DNA of 64,000 bases from positions 18,290,001-18,354,000 of the forward strand of contig NC_091991.1 of the NCBI RefSeq assembly GCF_044704955.1, in the 5' to 3' direction. The translations under genes were made by a program, and so were the position numbers. Source of the stretch: Pristiophorus japonicus. Its lineage: Eukaryota. Below the pieces are notes generated by a model. It was not told the DNA's origin. It did not search any database and saw nothing but the letters and a program-made list of their open reading frames with translations. Below are positions 13,051 through 25,753 of the stretch, piece after piece (position 1 is the first letter of the stretch; every line of letters begins with the position of its first letter).

Positions 13051-14190
13051 ATGTAATCTTAGTAATACATTCACAGTCATATTATTCCAGTGTATTACAT
13101 AGAAACATAGAAAATAGGTGCAGGAGTAGGCCATTCGGCCCTTCGAGCCTGCACCACCATTCAATATGATCATGGCTGATCATGCAACTTCAGTACCCCA
13201 TTCCTGCTTTCTCTCCATACTCTTTGATCCCGTTAGCCATAAGGGCCACATCTAACTCCCTTTTGAATATATCTAATGAACTGGCCTCAACAACGTTCTG
13301 TGGCAGAGAATTCCACAGGTTCACAATTCTCTGAGTGAAGAAGTTTCTCCTCATCTCAGTCCTGAATGGCTTACCCCTTACCCTTAGACTGTGATCCCTT
13401 CTTCTGGACTTCCCCAACATCGGGAACATTCTTCCTGCATCTAACCTGTCCAATTCTGTCAGAATTTTATATGTTTCTGTGAGACCCCCTCTCATTCTTC
13501 TAAATTCCAGTGAATATAAGCCTAGTCGATCCAGTCTTTCTTCACATGTCAGTCCTGCCATCCCGGGAATCAGTCTGGTGAACCTTCGCTGCCCTCCCTC
13601 AATAGCAAGAATGTCCTTCCTCAGATTAGGAGACCAAAACTGTACACAATATTCAAGGTGTGGCCTCACCAAGGCCCTGTACAATTGCAGTAAGACCTCC
13701 CTGCTCCTGTACTCAAATCCTCTCGCTATGAAGGCCAACATGCCATTTGCCTTCTTCTCCGCCTGCTGTACCTACATGCTAACTTTCAATGTCTGATGTA
13801 CCATGACACCCAGGTCTCGTTGCACCTCCCCTTTTCCTAATCTGTCACCATTCAGATAATATTCTGCCTTCCTGTTTTTGCCACAAAAGTGGATAACCTC
13901 ACATTGATCTACATTATACTGCATCTGCCATGCATTTGCCCACTCACCTAACCTGTCCAAGTCACCCTGCAGCCTTTTAGCATCCTCCTCACCGTTCACA
14001 CCGCCACCCAGCTTAGTGTCATCTGCAAACTTGGAGATATTACATTCAATTTCTTTGTCCAAATCATTAATGTATATTGTAAATAGCTGGTGGCCCAGCA
14101 CTGAACCTTGCAGTACCCCACTAGTCACTGCCTGCCGTTCTGAAAAGGACCCGTTTATTCTTACTCTTTACTTCGTGTCTGCCAACCAGT

Positions 14191-15895
14191 CTGGCAGTCT
14201 GCGCGGCCCCCGGCCTGCTATAGACCATCGGAGTAGGCCTGGGAGCGGAAGGAGCAGCGTGGCAGCCTAGCCCAGCAGTCTGCATGTCCCCCTACCTGCT
14301 AGCACCATTGGAGCAGGCCTGGGAGCAAAAGGAGCAGTATGGCAGCCTGGCCCAACAGTCTGAGTGGCCCCCGGCCTGCGAGCACCATCGGAGTAGGCCT
14401 GGGAGCAAAAGGAGCAGCGTGGCAGCCTAGCTCAGCAGTCTGAATGGCCCCCGGCCTGCTATAGACCATTGGAGCAGGCCTGGGAGCAAAAGGAGCAGCG
14501 TGGCAGCCTAGCCCAGCAGTCTGCATGTCCCCCTACCTGCTAGCACCATTGGAGCAGGCTGGGGAGCGGAAGGAGCAGCGTGGCAGCCTGGCCCAGCAGT
14601 CTGAATGGCCCCCGGCCTGCTATAGACCATCGGAGCAGGCCTGGGAGCGGAAGGAGCAGCGTGGCAGCCTAGCCCAGCAGTCTGCATGTCCCCCTACCTG
14701 CTAGCACCATTGGAGCAGGCCTGGGAGCAAAAGGAGCAGTATGGCAGCCTGGCCCAGCAGTCTGAGTGGCCCCCGGCCTGCGAGCACCATCGGAGTAGGC
14801 CTGGGAGCAAAAGGAGCAGCGTGGCAGCCTAGCTCAGCAGTCTGAATGGCCCCCGGCCTGCTATAGACCATTGGAGCAGGCCTGGGAGCAAAAGGAGCAG
14901 CGTGGCAGCCTAGCCCAGCAGTCTGCATGTCCCCCTACCTGCTAGCACCATTGGAGCAGGCTGGGGAGCGGAAGGAGCAGCGTGGCAGCCTGGCCCAGCA
15001 GTCTGAATGGCCCCCGGCCTGCTATAGACCATCGGAGCAGGCCTGGGAGCAAAAGGAGCAGCGTGGCAGCCTAGCCCAGCAGTCTGCATGTCCCCCTACC
15101 TGCTAGCACCATTGGAGCAGGCTGGGGAGCGGAAGGAGCAGCGTGGCAGCCTGGCCCAGCAGTCTGAATGGCCCCCGGCCTGCTATAGACCATCGGAGCA
15201 GGCCGGGGAGCGGAAGAAGCAGCGTGGCAGCCTAGCCCAGCAGTCTGAGTGGCCCCCGACCTGCGAATACCATCGAAGCAGGCCGGGGAGCGGAAGGAGC
15301 AGCGTGGCAGCCTGGCCCAGCAGTCTGAATGGCCCCCGGCCTGTGAGCACCATCAGAGCAGGCCGGGGAGCGGAAGGAGCAGCGTGGCAGCATACCACTC
15401 CAGGGAGCAGCACGTGCTGGAGCAGGAGAGCAACAGCAGTGAAAACGGACATCACCAATGTCCAGGTCGGTGATTGGAGCGTGTGCAGGTACTGCAGGAG
15501 CTGCGAGGCCGGGGTGAAGGAGCGGCGAGAGACCGTAGAGGGACATGATCGGGGCCCAGAAGAGGCGTGAGTTCGGGGCTCAGAAGAGGCGAGGGCCCAG
15601 GGGCAGCACGGGCCAGCCCACACTGCGATATGTGTGCGCGCTTGGTCTGTGCAGCAGAGCTGATCTCCAGTTGTCTTGGTTAATCCTTGCTACTGGACGA
15701 AGACCAAGCTCTGTCAAGCTCGTGTGGTGGCTGGTGTTCAACGGTCACCACACGTTAAAAACCTCCAAGCACAGGCATCTTCCACCCTTCAAGATTTAGT
15801 TCGGACCTGGAATTTTAGGTCCATCATTGAAACACCTGTGAATTTTTAGACGTGGAAGCAAGTCATCCTCAATTCGAGGCCTGCCTATGAGATGA
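14191..15895 (+). mobile_element. Non-autonomous RTE-derived element (5'UTR + 3' tail) with internal minisatellite
   Basis: 10-bp TSD GCCAACCAGT at 14181-14190 and 15896-15905. The 3' end GGAAGCAAGTCATCCTC..CTGCCTATGAGATG matches RTE tails, and 15640-15790 resembles the RTE 5'UTR at 6530-6680 (revcomp). Confidence 0.85.
14194..15390 (+). repeat. ~67-bp GC-rich minisatellite (~18 units, with higher-order duplication)
   Basis: Repeated unit gcagtctgaatggcccccggcctgctatagaccatcggagcaggcctgggagcggaaggagcagcgtggcagcctagccca. Identical ORFs at 14299 and 14701 show a 402-bp higher-order repeat. Confidence 0.9.
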
Positions 15896-16744
15896 GCCAA
15901 CCAGTTCTCTATCCACGTCAATACATTACCCCCATACCATGTGCTTTAATTTTGCACAGTAATCTCTTGTGTGGGACCTTATCAAAAGCCTTTTCAAAGT
16001 CCAAATACACCACATCCACTGGTCCTCCCTTGTCCACTCTACTAGTTACATCCTCAAAAAATTCTAGAAGATTTGTCAAGCATGATTTCCCTTTCATAAA
16101 TCCTTGCTGACTTGGATTGATCCTGTCACTGCTTTCCAAATGCGCTGCTATTATGTTTTTAATAATTGATTCCACCATTTTCCCCATTACCGATATCAGG
16201 CTAACCGGTCTATAATTCCCTGTTTTCTCTCCTTTTTTAAAAAGTGGGGTTCCATTAGCTACCCTCCAATCCATAGGAACTGATCCAGAGTCTATAGAAT
16301 GTTGGAAAATGACCATCAATGCATCCACTATTTCTAGGGCCACTTCCTTAAGTACCCTGGGATGCAGACTATCAAGCCCTGGGGATTTATCGGCCTTCAA
16401 TTCCATCAATTTTCCTAACACAATTTCCTGACTAATAAGGATTTCCTTCAGTTCCTCCTTCTCGTGAGACCCTCGGTCCCCTAGTATTTCCGGAAGGCTA
16501 TTTGTGACTTCCTTAGTGAAGACAGAACCAAAGTATTTGTTCAGTTGGTCTGCCATTTCTTTGTTCCCCATTATAAATTCACCTGATTCTGACTGCAAGG
16601 GACCTACATTTGGCTTCACTAATCGTTTTCTCTTCATATACCAAAAGAAGCTTTTGCAATCAGTTTTTATGTTCCCTGCAAGCTTACCCTCATATTCTAT
16701 TTTTCCCCTCCTAATTAAACCCTTTGTCCTCCTCTGCACACATA

Positions 16745-18635
16745 AGGGTTAAGAAGGTAGATGGGATACTTTTCTTTATTAGCCAAGGCATCGACTATTA
16801 AGAGCAAGGAGGCTATGCTAGAACTGTATAGAACACTAGTTAGGCTACAGCTAGACTACTGCGTACAGTTCTGGTCACCACATTACAGGTAAGATGTAAT
16901 TGCACTAGAGAGGGTACAGAAAAGATTTACGAGGATGTTGCCAGGACTGGAGAATTTTAGCTATGAGTAAAGATTGAATAGACTAGGGTTGTTTTCTTTG
17001 GAACAGAGGAGGCTGAGGTGAGACTTAATTGAGAATCATAGAATGGAAGAAGGCCATTTGGCCTATTGAGCCCGTGCCGGCTCTCTGCACGAGCACCTTA
17101 GCTAGTCCCACTCCCCCACCCTTTCCCCTCAGCACTGCAAAATATTTTATTTCAGGTACTTGTCCAACTCCCTTTTGAAAGCTGTGATTGAGTCTGCCTT
17201 CCACCACCCTTTCGGGCAGTACATTCCAGATCCTAACCACTCGCTCTGCAAAAATGTTTTTTTCTTATGTCTCCTTTGCTTCTTTTGCCAATCACCTTAA
17301 ATCTGTGTCCTCTAGTTCTTGATCCTTCTGCCAGCGGGAACAGTTTCTCTCTTATCTACTCTATCCAGACCCCTCAATATTTTGAACACCTCTATCAAAT
17401 CTCCTCTCAATCTTCTCTTCTTAAGGAAAACAACCCCAGCTTCTCCAGTCCGTCCGCATAACTGAAGTCCTTCATCCTTGGAATCATTCTCGTAAATCTT
17501 TTCTGCACCTCTCTAAGGCCTTCACATCCTTCCTAAAGTGCGGTGCCCAGAATTGGTCATAATACTCCAATTTTCACACTTTTGTACTCAATATCTCTAT
17601 TCATGAAGCCCAGGATCCCGTAAACTTTATGAACTGCTTTCCCAACCTGTCCTGCCATCTTCAACGATTTGTGCACGTATACCCCTAGGTCTCTCTGTTC
17701 ATGCACCCTCTTTAGGATTGTATCCTGTAGTTTATATTTCTTCTCCTCATTCTTTCTAGCAAAATGTATCACTTCACACTTTTCTGCATTAAATTTCGTC
17801 TGCCACTTGTCCACCCAGCCTGTCTATGTCCTCTCAAAGTCTATCACTATCTTCCTCACTGTTCACTATACCTCCGAGTTTTGTGTCATCTGAAAATTTT
17901 GAAATTGTGCCCTGTACACCCACATTCAAGTCATTAATATATATCAAGAAAAACAGTGGTCCTGGTACCGACCCCTGGGGAACACCACTGTAATACTTCC
18001 TTCAGTCTGAAAAACAACCGTGCACCACTACTCTCTGTTTCCTGTCACTTAGCCAATTTTGTATCCATGCTGCCACTGTCCGTTTTATTCCATGGGGTTC
18101 AACTTTGCTGGCAAGCCTATTACATGGCACTTGGTTGAATGCCTTTTGGAAATTCATGTACACCACGTCAACTGCATTGCCTTCATCAACCCTCTCTGTT
18201 ACCTCATCAAAAAAAACTATCAAATTTGTTAAACAAGATTTGCCTCAACAAATCCGTGCTGGCTTTCCTTAATTAATCCGCACTTATCCAATTGACTGTT
18301 AATTTTGTCCTTTGGAGGTGTATAAAATTATGAGGCGCCCAGATAGAGTTGATAGAAAAGGTCTATTTCCTTTAGCAGAGAGGTCAATAACCAGGAGACA
18401 TAGATTTAAAGTAATTGGTAGAAGGATTAGAGGGTAGTGGGGGTCTGGAACTCACTGCCTGAAAGGGTGGTAGAGGCAGAAACCCTCATTGCATTTAAAA
18501 AGTACTTGGATATGCACTTGCATTGCCGTAACCGACAGGGCTACGGACCAAGAGCTGGAAAGTGGGATTAGGCTGCATAACTCTGTTTTGGCTGGTACAG
18601 ACACGAATGGCCTCCTTCTATGCCGTAAATGTATA
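16745..18635 (+). mobile_element. CR1 3' fragment (+) split by an antisense CR1 (pieces ~16745-17032 and 18312-18635)
   Basis: ...RLR*DLIE breaks at ~17032 and resumes as EVYKIMR at ~18315, ending in a CR1 3'UTR. Confidence 0.75.
17033..18311 (-). mobile_element. CR1 LINE fragment
   Basis: Minus-strand ORFs VDVVYMNFQKAF and KFNAEKCEVIHF, with the tail at 17033. Confidence 0.85.
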
Positions 18636-18901
18636 TGAATTATATAGATTTTGATTTTGAAACAATTTTATGGCATCAACAGTTCAATAGCAGGCGGGCA
18701 ACGATAAATAATTTGGGGGGTATTTATTACACCAGATACCTTCCTATTTTTGCACTCTTATTTTATGCTGGAAGAAACAGTGGACATTAGAAATGTTTAC
18801 CCAAATATGACGGGAATTTAAATGACATGTAATGGCAGAGTGGCATCATGCACCACTTTTTCTATCATTGCCATCTTGGCAACGCTGGCCATTAGGAATA
18901 T

Positions 18902-20092
18902 CGGACCGGGGTCAAACAGGGCTGCGTCATCACTCCAACTCTCTTCTCAGTCTTCCTCACTGCCATACTCCACCTCACAATCAACAAGGTCCCCGCTGGA
19001 GTGGAACTAAACTACAGAACCTGTGGAAACTGTTTAACCTGCGCCGCCTCCAGGCTACGTCCAAGATCACCCCAACCTTTGTCATTGAGCTGCAGTATAC
19101 GGACGACGCCTGCGTATGCGCACATTCAGAGGCTGAACTCCAGCATATAGTCAATGTATTCACTAAGGCATATGAAAGCATGGGTCTTGCGCTTAACATC
19201 CGTAAGACAAAGGTCCTCCACCAGCCTGTCAACGCCGCACAGTACTGCCCTCCAATCATCAAGATTCACGGCGCGGCCCTCGACAACGTGGACCATTTCC
19301 CATATCTCGGGAGCTTCTTATCAACAAAGGCAGATATTGATGCGGAGATTCAACATCGCCTCCAGTGTGCCAGTGCAGCCTTCGGCCGTCTGAGGAAAAG
19401 AGTGTTTGAAGACCAGGCCCTCAAATCTACCATCAAGCTCATGGTCTACAGGGCTGTAGTAATACCCGTCTTCCTGTATGGATCTGAGGCATGGACAACA
19501 TATAGAAGGCACCTCAAGTCGCTGGAGATATATCACCAACGATGTCTCCGCAAGATCCTGCAAAGCCCCTGGGAGGACAGGCGCACCAACATCAGCGTCC
19601 TCGACCAGGCTAACATCCCCAGTATTGAAGCACTGACCACACTTGATCAGCTTCGCTGGGCAGGCCACATAGTTCGCATGCCAGATACGAGACTCCCGAA
19701 GCAAATGCTTTATGCGGAGCTCCTTTGTGGTAAACGAGCCAAAGGAGGACAGCGGAAACGTTATAAGGACACCCTCAAAGCCTCCCTGGTAAAGTGCGAC
19801 ATTACCACTGACACCTGGGAGACCCTGGCCGAAGACTGCCCGAGGTGGAGAAACTACATCCGGGAGGGCGTTGAGCTCTTCGAGTCTCAACGCAAAGAGC
19901 GTGAAGAGGCCAAGCGCAGGCAGCGGAAGGAGCGCGCGGCAAACCAGCCCCACCGACCCCTTTCCTCGACGAATGTCTGTCCCACCTGTGACAGGGTCTG
20001 TGGCTCTCGTATCGGACTGTTCAGCCATCAAAGAACTCAATTTGGGAATGGAAGCAAGTCTTCCTCGATTCCGAGGGACTGCCTGTGATGAT
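18902..20092 (+). mobile_element. 5'-truncated RTE LINE
   Basis: Open RT C-terminal half (ELQYTDDA, FPYLGS, FLYGSEAWT, LRWAGHIVRM, CPTCDRVCGSRIGLFSH) with tail GGGACTGCCTGTGATGAT. Same family as 3367-7305. Confidence 0.92.
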
Positions 20093-20769
20093 AATGACTA
20101 TATATAACAAGTGTTCAGTGTTGGTAGGAGAGGCACAATGCCAGGAAGAATTCCAGTGCCCCAAGGAAAAACATCAGTAAAATGAGAGGCAGTTAATTAG
20201 CAGTTCTATATCCGTAAATGTTCCCACTTCTTCGGAGTCAGCAAACGTCTCGGTGGCTGTCTATCCTTTAAAGCAACTGCAATCGTCCAACACCTGCAGC
20301 AGCCATTTTTAGCCGTCCGCACCCCTCCAGTGCAGAGCTCCTAAAGAAATGTATGTAAGGCTGACCCCAGAAACTTTGAGGTCAATAGCAGGTCATTCAG
20401 TCAAGCAGATGGAAAGCCTGTTCTGCCACACTTCTGGTAATTGCCAGCGTATAACCTCAGCTGCTCATTTATTTGTGAAAGTGTTACGTGGAACCGAAAC
20501 ATCTGTGTTTTTTTAAACAATTCTGAGCATTAAGAACTAGATTACAGTGAACACTTAAAATGTCTTGTTACTAGTCAATGATGTGAAAGTTTCCATTGCA
20601 GCACATCAGCAGTGTTGGAAGAAATGCAGTGTCTAATTGAAAGACCAAAAGTTAAAATAAAGCAATAGATTGTTTTACTGTGTGTGTCCTTATAGCCTAT
20701 TTAAACTGCATTTTATTTCTGTGAATATTATGTGAATAATCTGGTGATTTCAGCTTTTTTCCAATTTCT

Positions 20770-21402
20770 GGGCGCGCCTAAACCGGGATTACACCCTAAA
20801 AAAAAAGGGTGGGTTTGGAGCGTGGGGGTAGTCAAATTGTTAAAAATTGAATTCCTGACCTGATCCTGCCTCCACCCCGCTCACTTCTGGTTTCAACGGG
20901 GGTGGGCAGGCAACCAACCCGCTCCCAGTAATTAAACTGAGGTGGGGTCTGGTGGATCCAGGAGGTAAGTGGTTTTATACTAACTAACCCACTGCCCGCA
21001 ATTGGAGACCCCTACCCCCATGAGGTCTCCAATCGCTTTCCCAGGCCACCGATCATGAGGCCCCCCCCCCCCCCCACCGATGATGCTGAGGCCAGCCACA
21101 ATACTCCAGTGGTCGGCTCCGATCCTCTCTCCCTCCCTCCCTGCCCCTCCCCCACCCCCTCCGCTGATCCCCGACCCTCAATTCGACCCCCTGATTCAAT
21201 CCCCGATGACCCCCCTGCAATCCCCAACCGAGCCAACCGTTCCCCAATCGCTGCCCACCTCCCGCGATCCTGTCTCCCGACCGACCCCTCACTCTCTCTC
21301 AGCAACTGAGGCCCGCCGCCAGCCAGCCTCTTAATCTGGCTGGCTGCTGGCGGGAATCTGAGGTCTCACATGCAAATCTGGCCCTGGACAAAATTCCGAC
21401 CC
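20770..21402. mobile_element. GC-rich Harbinger-like MITE remnant
   Basis: GC-rich island ending AAAATTCCGACCC, a terminal motif like the other TIR elements. The left end is unclear. Confidence 0.4.
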
Positions 21403-22019
21403 TAGTGTCAGGAACAGGTACTCTCTCTGGAAGTCAGAGCTCTGTCTACAGTGCCATAACAATGGCCCAAGCCAAAGAGCAACCCAAATCTTCTATTGTT
21501 TAAGAGTGAGATTCTGTTTTCTACACCAACCATTTTCATAGATCTCCTAAGTGAGATTGTCTAGTTAGAACTAAATTACAAGCATTTTTGTGCTGTGGAC
21601 TAGTGTTCACTGGGAAATTTCAGGCGTAACATCATTTCATTTGGAATACCATAACAGCTGCCATTGGGCTGATGCTTGCATCCCATCAATTATGACTCGA
21701 ATCAGCAGTGTTATAGCCCTCTGACCCTATGCCTGTTTTCATCACATCATTTACATGCATAGTTCAACTCCTTCTGTTCATATATGTTGTTCTTGCTTTC
21801 TGAGGAGAATATTTTGAAAACGACTTTTCGCTGCTGTTTTCCATCAGCGGTCACATTGTTCATAATGAAGCAAAGGCGGGAAAATGTAGTTAAGATGCAG
21901 ATTAGCCATGATCTAATTGAATGGCGGAGCAAGCCAAAGGGGCTGAATGGCCTACTTCTGTTCCTACGTTCCTGATGTAAAACATTCATTTCCACTTAAT
22001 GCACCAGGAACATGGAATC

Positions 22020-23105
22020 AGACAAATTGACAAATTTATTAGAGTTTTTTGAGGATGTAACTAGCAGGGTAGATAAAGGGGAATCAGTGGATGTAGTATG
22101 TTTGGATTTCTAAAAGGCATTCGATAAGATGCCACATAAAAGGTAAGAGATCATGGGGTTGGAGGTAATGTATTAGCATGGATAGAGGATTGGTTAACGG
22201 ACAGAAAACAGAGAGTAGGGATAAATAGGTCTTTTTCAGGTTGGTAGGCTGTAACTAGTGAGATGATGCAAGAATCATAGATAGACTAAGTGAGTGGACA
22301 GATTGGTGGCAGATGGAGTATAATGTAGGGAATTGTGAGGTTATTTACTTTCGTAGGAAGAATAGAAAAACAGAATATTTTTTAAAAGGTGAGACATTTT
22401 TTAATGTTAATGTTCAGAGAGTGTCCTTGTGCAAGAAACACAGAAAGCTAGCATGCAGGTACAGCAAATAATAAGGAAGGCAAATGGCATGTTGTCCTTT
22501 ATTGCTAGGGTTTCGAGTATAAGAGTAAGGAAGTCTTGCTACAATTGTACAGGGCCTTGGTGAGACCTGGAGTACTGTGCATAGTTTTGTTCTCCTTATC
22601 TAAGGAAGGATATACTTGCCTTGGCGTAAGTGCAACGAAAATTGACTAGATTGATTCCTGGGATGAGAGGGCTGTCTTATGATGAGAGATTGTGTAGAAT
22701 GGGCCTATACTCTCTGGAGTTTAGAATCTCATTGAAACATACAAGATTCTGAATGGGATTGACAGGATAGATGCTGAGAGGTGGTTTTTCCTGACTGGAG
22801 TGTCGAGAACTAGGGGGCATGGTCTCAGGATAAGGGGTAGGCCATGTAAGACAGAGATGAGGAGGAATTTCTCACTCAGGGTTATAAAACGTTGGAATTC
22901 TCTGACCCAGAGGGCCGAGGATGCTGAATCTCTGAATATATGCAAGGCTGAGATAGATAGATATTTTGAGTCTTGAGGAATCAGGGATATGGAGATCGGG
23001 TGGGAAAGTGGAGTTGAGGTCGATGATCAGCCATGATCTTATTGAATGGTGGTGCAGGCTCGAGGGACCACATGGCCTACTCCTGCTCCCATTTCTTATG
23101 TTCTT
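22020..23105 (+). mobile_element. Degraded CR1 LINE
   Basis: LEFFEDVTSRVDKG remnants through to the CR1 tail ggcctactcctgctcccatttcttatgttctt. Confidence 0.82.
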
Positions 23106-23549
23106 AGAAGGGGTTGCCCAAGAACATATCCATTTCGACATTTTTGTTCTGCATATTTCAGGTACATGAGATCCACGAAAGCAGATGTTGTAGAGATTTA
23201 TTCTAAGTAGTCTGCAACTATTTTGTGCTTTGTTCATGCTTTTTGTTCTCAACAGCAATGAGTCTTGAAGCAATTGTACAGTAATTAATAAATATATTCA
23301 GGCTTGTGGTAGTGGGACTATCACATTTCATTCAGCTTACATAAAAGGTGGGGAAGTCCTTAGAACATTTTAGAAATACTGTTATTTGTTCATTTATGCC
23401 TAGAAATTAATGTATAAATATGCTGCAAAATGGATTATTACAACATTCAACTATCGATGTATATACTGTCATTCTTTTGTTTTCTGATGATTTAGCTTTC
23501 AGCACTTCAATTTTTATTTAAAAATTAAATATGTTGTGGATTTATTTAG

Positions 23550-23666
23550 TCACATTGGCGAGGCTGTCTCCTGCGGAGGAAGTTGTCTCATGCTTTAGCA
23601 GCTGTTCAAACTGAGGAAGAGGATGTCTTTGAAGAAGTTAATCTGAATGAATTTACATTTGATGAG
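23550..23666 (+). CDS. LRRIQ1: LRRIQ1 coding exon
   Basis: ttatttAG|TCA...GATGAG|GTgaat, 117 bp. SHWRGCLLRRKLSHALAAVQTEEEDVFEEVNLNEFTFDE resembles recalled human LRRIQ1 (AVWKGFILRKKL...EIDLEDFIFDE). Confidence 0.92.
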
Positions 23667-24488
23667 GTGAATAAACATCAAAGTATGTGTTCTCCAGAGC
23701 TAGCAGTTAGTTTTTAAACAATTAATATACAATGACGTAACAGAAGAAATCCTTCACTTTTTATACGTTCATATTTTAAATTGCTTACATGCAAATCAAT
23801 GTGAAAATTATACTATGCAGTATTAGTGTGTCAGTGAGTTAAGTGTTCATGTAATATTGCACAAGTTAATTGCCAGCTGTGTTTGTAAAACAAATTGTGC
23901 CCATTTTCTGGGTCAAAAGTTACACAAGTACAAAACAAAATAAATTTAGCACTAACTGTCCACAACCTGTCAAATTAGAATTCCCTGACAGCCATACCTC
24001 CTGAACGAGTAAATTTATAGTTGGGGTGGAAATATGTTCACTTTTGGCTGTTGAATACCTGCTTAATTGATTATAAGCTGAGAGAAAGGTTGTGTGTAGC
24101 CTGTTTTGATTGTACAAAGGATGTCAAAACAAGCTAATAAGTGGAGATGGAAATCCATTATTTTTGAAAATAATTTTCATTCTCTAACAACATTTTAGGA
24201 GAAGTCTTTTAAAGTGGTTACATTTTATCAGCATCCGGTTTTAGATCACATAGTGCCCATGAGAATAGCGAAATCTCATATTTTGGAGAAAGGGGTACAA
24301 AAAGTGATGTCATGCCCATTGTTGGGTAGCACTTATAATTGATCAAAAGTTCCAGAAATGGGAATTTTGTGCTTCTGTAGAGTGTAAGCAGCATTAGCAT
24401 CCTTTAGCTGATGGGCAAATTGGGGGCTTTGAGGGTCTTTAGAAAAACAACAATTTCCCTATTTCAATTTCTTCTGTCTCATAAACAC

Positions 24489-25021
24489 TTTGGGCTGGAT
24501 TTTCGGTCTGGTCATTTCGGGGCGGTAATGGCAGCGGGGCGGTAACATTTGCGGCTCAGCCAGCAAATTTCATCAGCTGGGCCCTGAGTGTGGGGCGGAG
24601 CGCTAAAGCAGGCATTGCACACCTCTTTTAAGGAGCAAGGTCAGCTGAGCAATTGAAAATCCTTGGCGTGCCCAAAGAGAGGCCTCTGTGGAAACAAAGT
24701 CTCACCTAAAAACAAACATTTCCAATACCTTAAACATCTCACAATAAGCTAAATTGCAAAAATAAAACTAAACAAAACAATCAAACTTACCTCATTCACC
24801 AGTCATTCACCGCCGCCGGGACGGCTCTGACCATCTGGTTTTCCAGACGGTCCCACCACAGCGCACTACGGGGCGCTATAGGATAAGCACACAACAAATT
24901 TCACCGCGTAGTCGAAACCGGCAACAAATTTTCTGGCGAGGTGCAGTGAGCTGGCTGCCCACCATCCTCGCAGCCATTACCGCCCCTCCGGGTCAGGAAC
25001 AGAGGCAAAATCCAGGCCAAA
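24489..25021. mobile_element. MITE with terminal inverted repeats
   Basis: TTTGGGCTGGATTTT ... AAAATCCAGGCCAAA. The interior is related to 62690-62994. Confidence 0.7.
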
Positions 25022-25505
25022 TTTGACTAGTGAGATGACTGTAGCACCATTGACTTGATTACTGGCAAGACATGTTAAAAAAAATCCCATTGTAGGACAC
25101 TGCTGGCCAACTTAGATTTTATGGACTGTTTGTGGATACAAAAATTACCATCATAATCTTTTGCCAAGTGTAGCTAATCAGCTTTGCTAAGGAAAACAAG
25201 CTATAAATTTCACTTGAAAATGAAATTCTATTGGGAGAAGGACATTGAATTTCCTTTAAAAAGAACCTGAAGACAGCATTGTTGTTTTTGGCATAAAACA
25301 TGCGAAGCTCAATGCATTTTGAAGGATGCATAGTCTTACTAGTGCCAAAGGCACTTTATAATAAAGACATGCAATTTAACGATAAAAGCATCTCTGTCAG
25401 GTTAACATTGGCATCCTGAAAAGATTTAGGCATGCTATGAAGTCCATGTGAACAAGCCTATTGCCAGTGTCTTTGATATGTTAAGTGCGACCATTTGAAT
25501 TGTTC

Positions 25506-25689
25506 AAAAGCAAAATACTGCGGATGCTGGAATCTGAAATAAAAACAGAAAATGCTGGAAATCTCAGCATGTCAGGCAGCATCTGAGGAGAGAGAAACAG
25601 AGTTAACGTTTCAGGTTGACCTGAAACGTTAACTCTGTTTCTCTCTCCACAGATGCTGCCTGACCCGCTGAGATTTCCAGCATTTTCTA
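25506..25689. mobile_element. Penelope-type terminal-repeat derived palindrome (fold-back)
   Basis: ~70-bp inverted arms centred at ~25616, flanked by the 14-bp direct repeat CATTTGAATTGTTC (25492-25505, 25690-25703). The same sequence family occurs at 42020-42152. Confidence 0.8.
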
Positions 25690-25753
25690 CATTTGAATTG
25701 TTCTTTCAGTTTCTTTACTGAATCTTATCTGAAAAATCTACTTCTTCACTCAG

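Larger units (their letters stand above)
13097..16735 (-). mobile_element. 5'-truncated CR1 LINE (interrupted at 14191-15895)
   Basis: Minus-strand ORFs with NYRPVSLIS, VYLDFEKAFDKV, SGVLQGSVLG, KFADDTKL, LVRPHLEYCVQFW, and a (TTTCTATG)n tail at 13097. Confidence 0.92.

Noticed and set aside
14194-15390. Regular repeat array as a CRISPR-like locus
   Set aside because: The units are contiguous tandem copies with no unique spacers, there are no cas genes, and the context is a vertebrate intron. The same applies to 26858-27952.
18832-20088. 418-aa ORF as an active reverse transcriptase gene
   Set aside because: It is a 5'-truncated RTE lacking the endonuclease and N-terminal RT, and the ORF start comes from flanking or frameshifted sequence.
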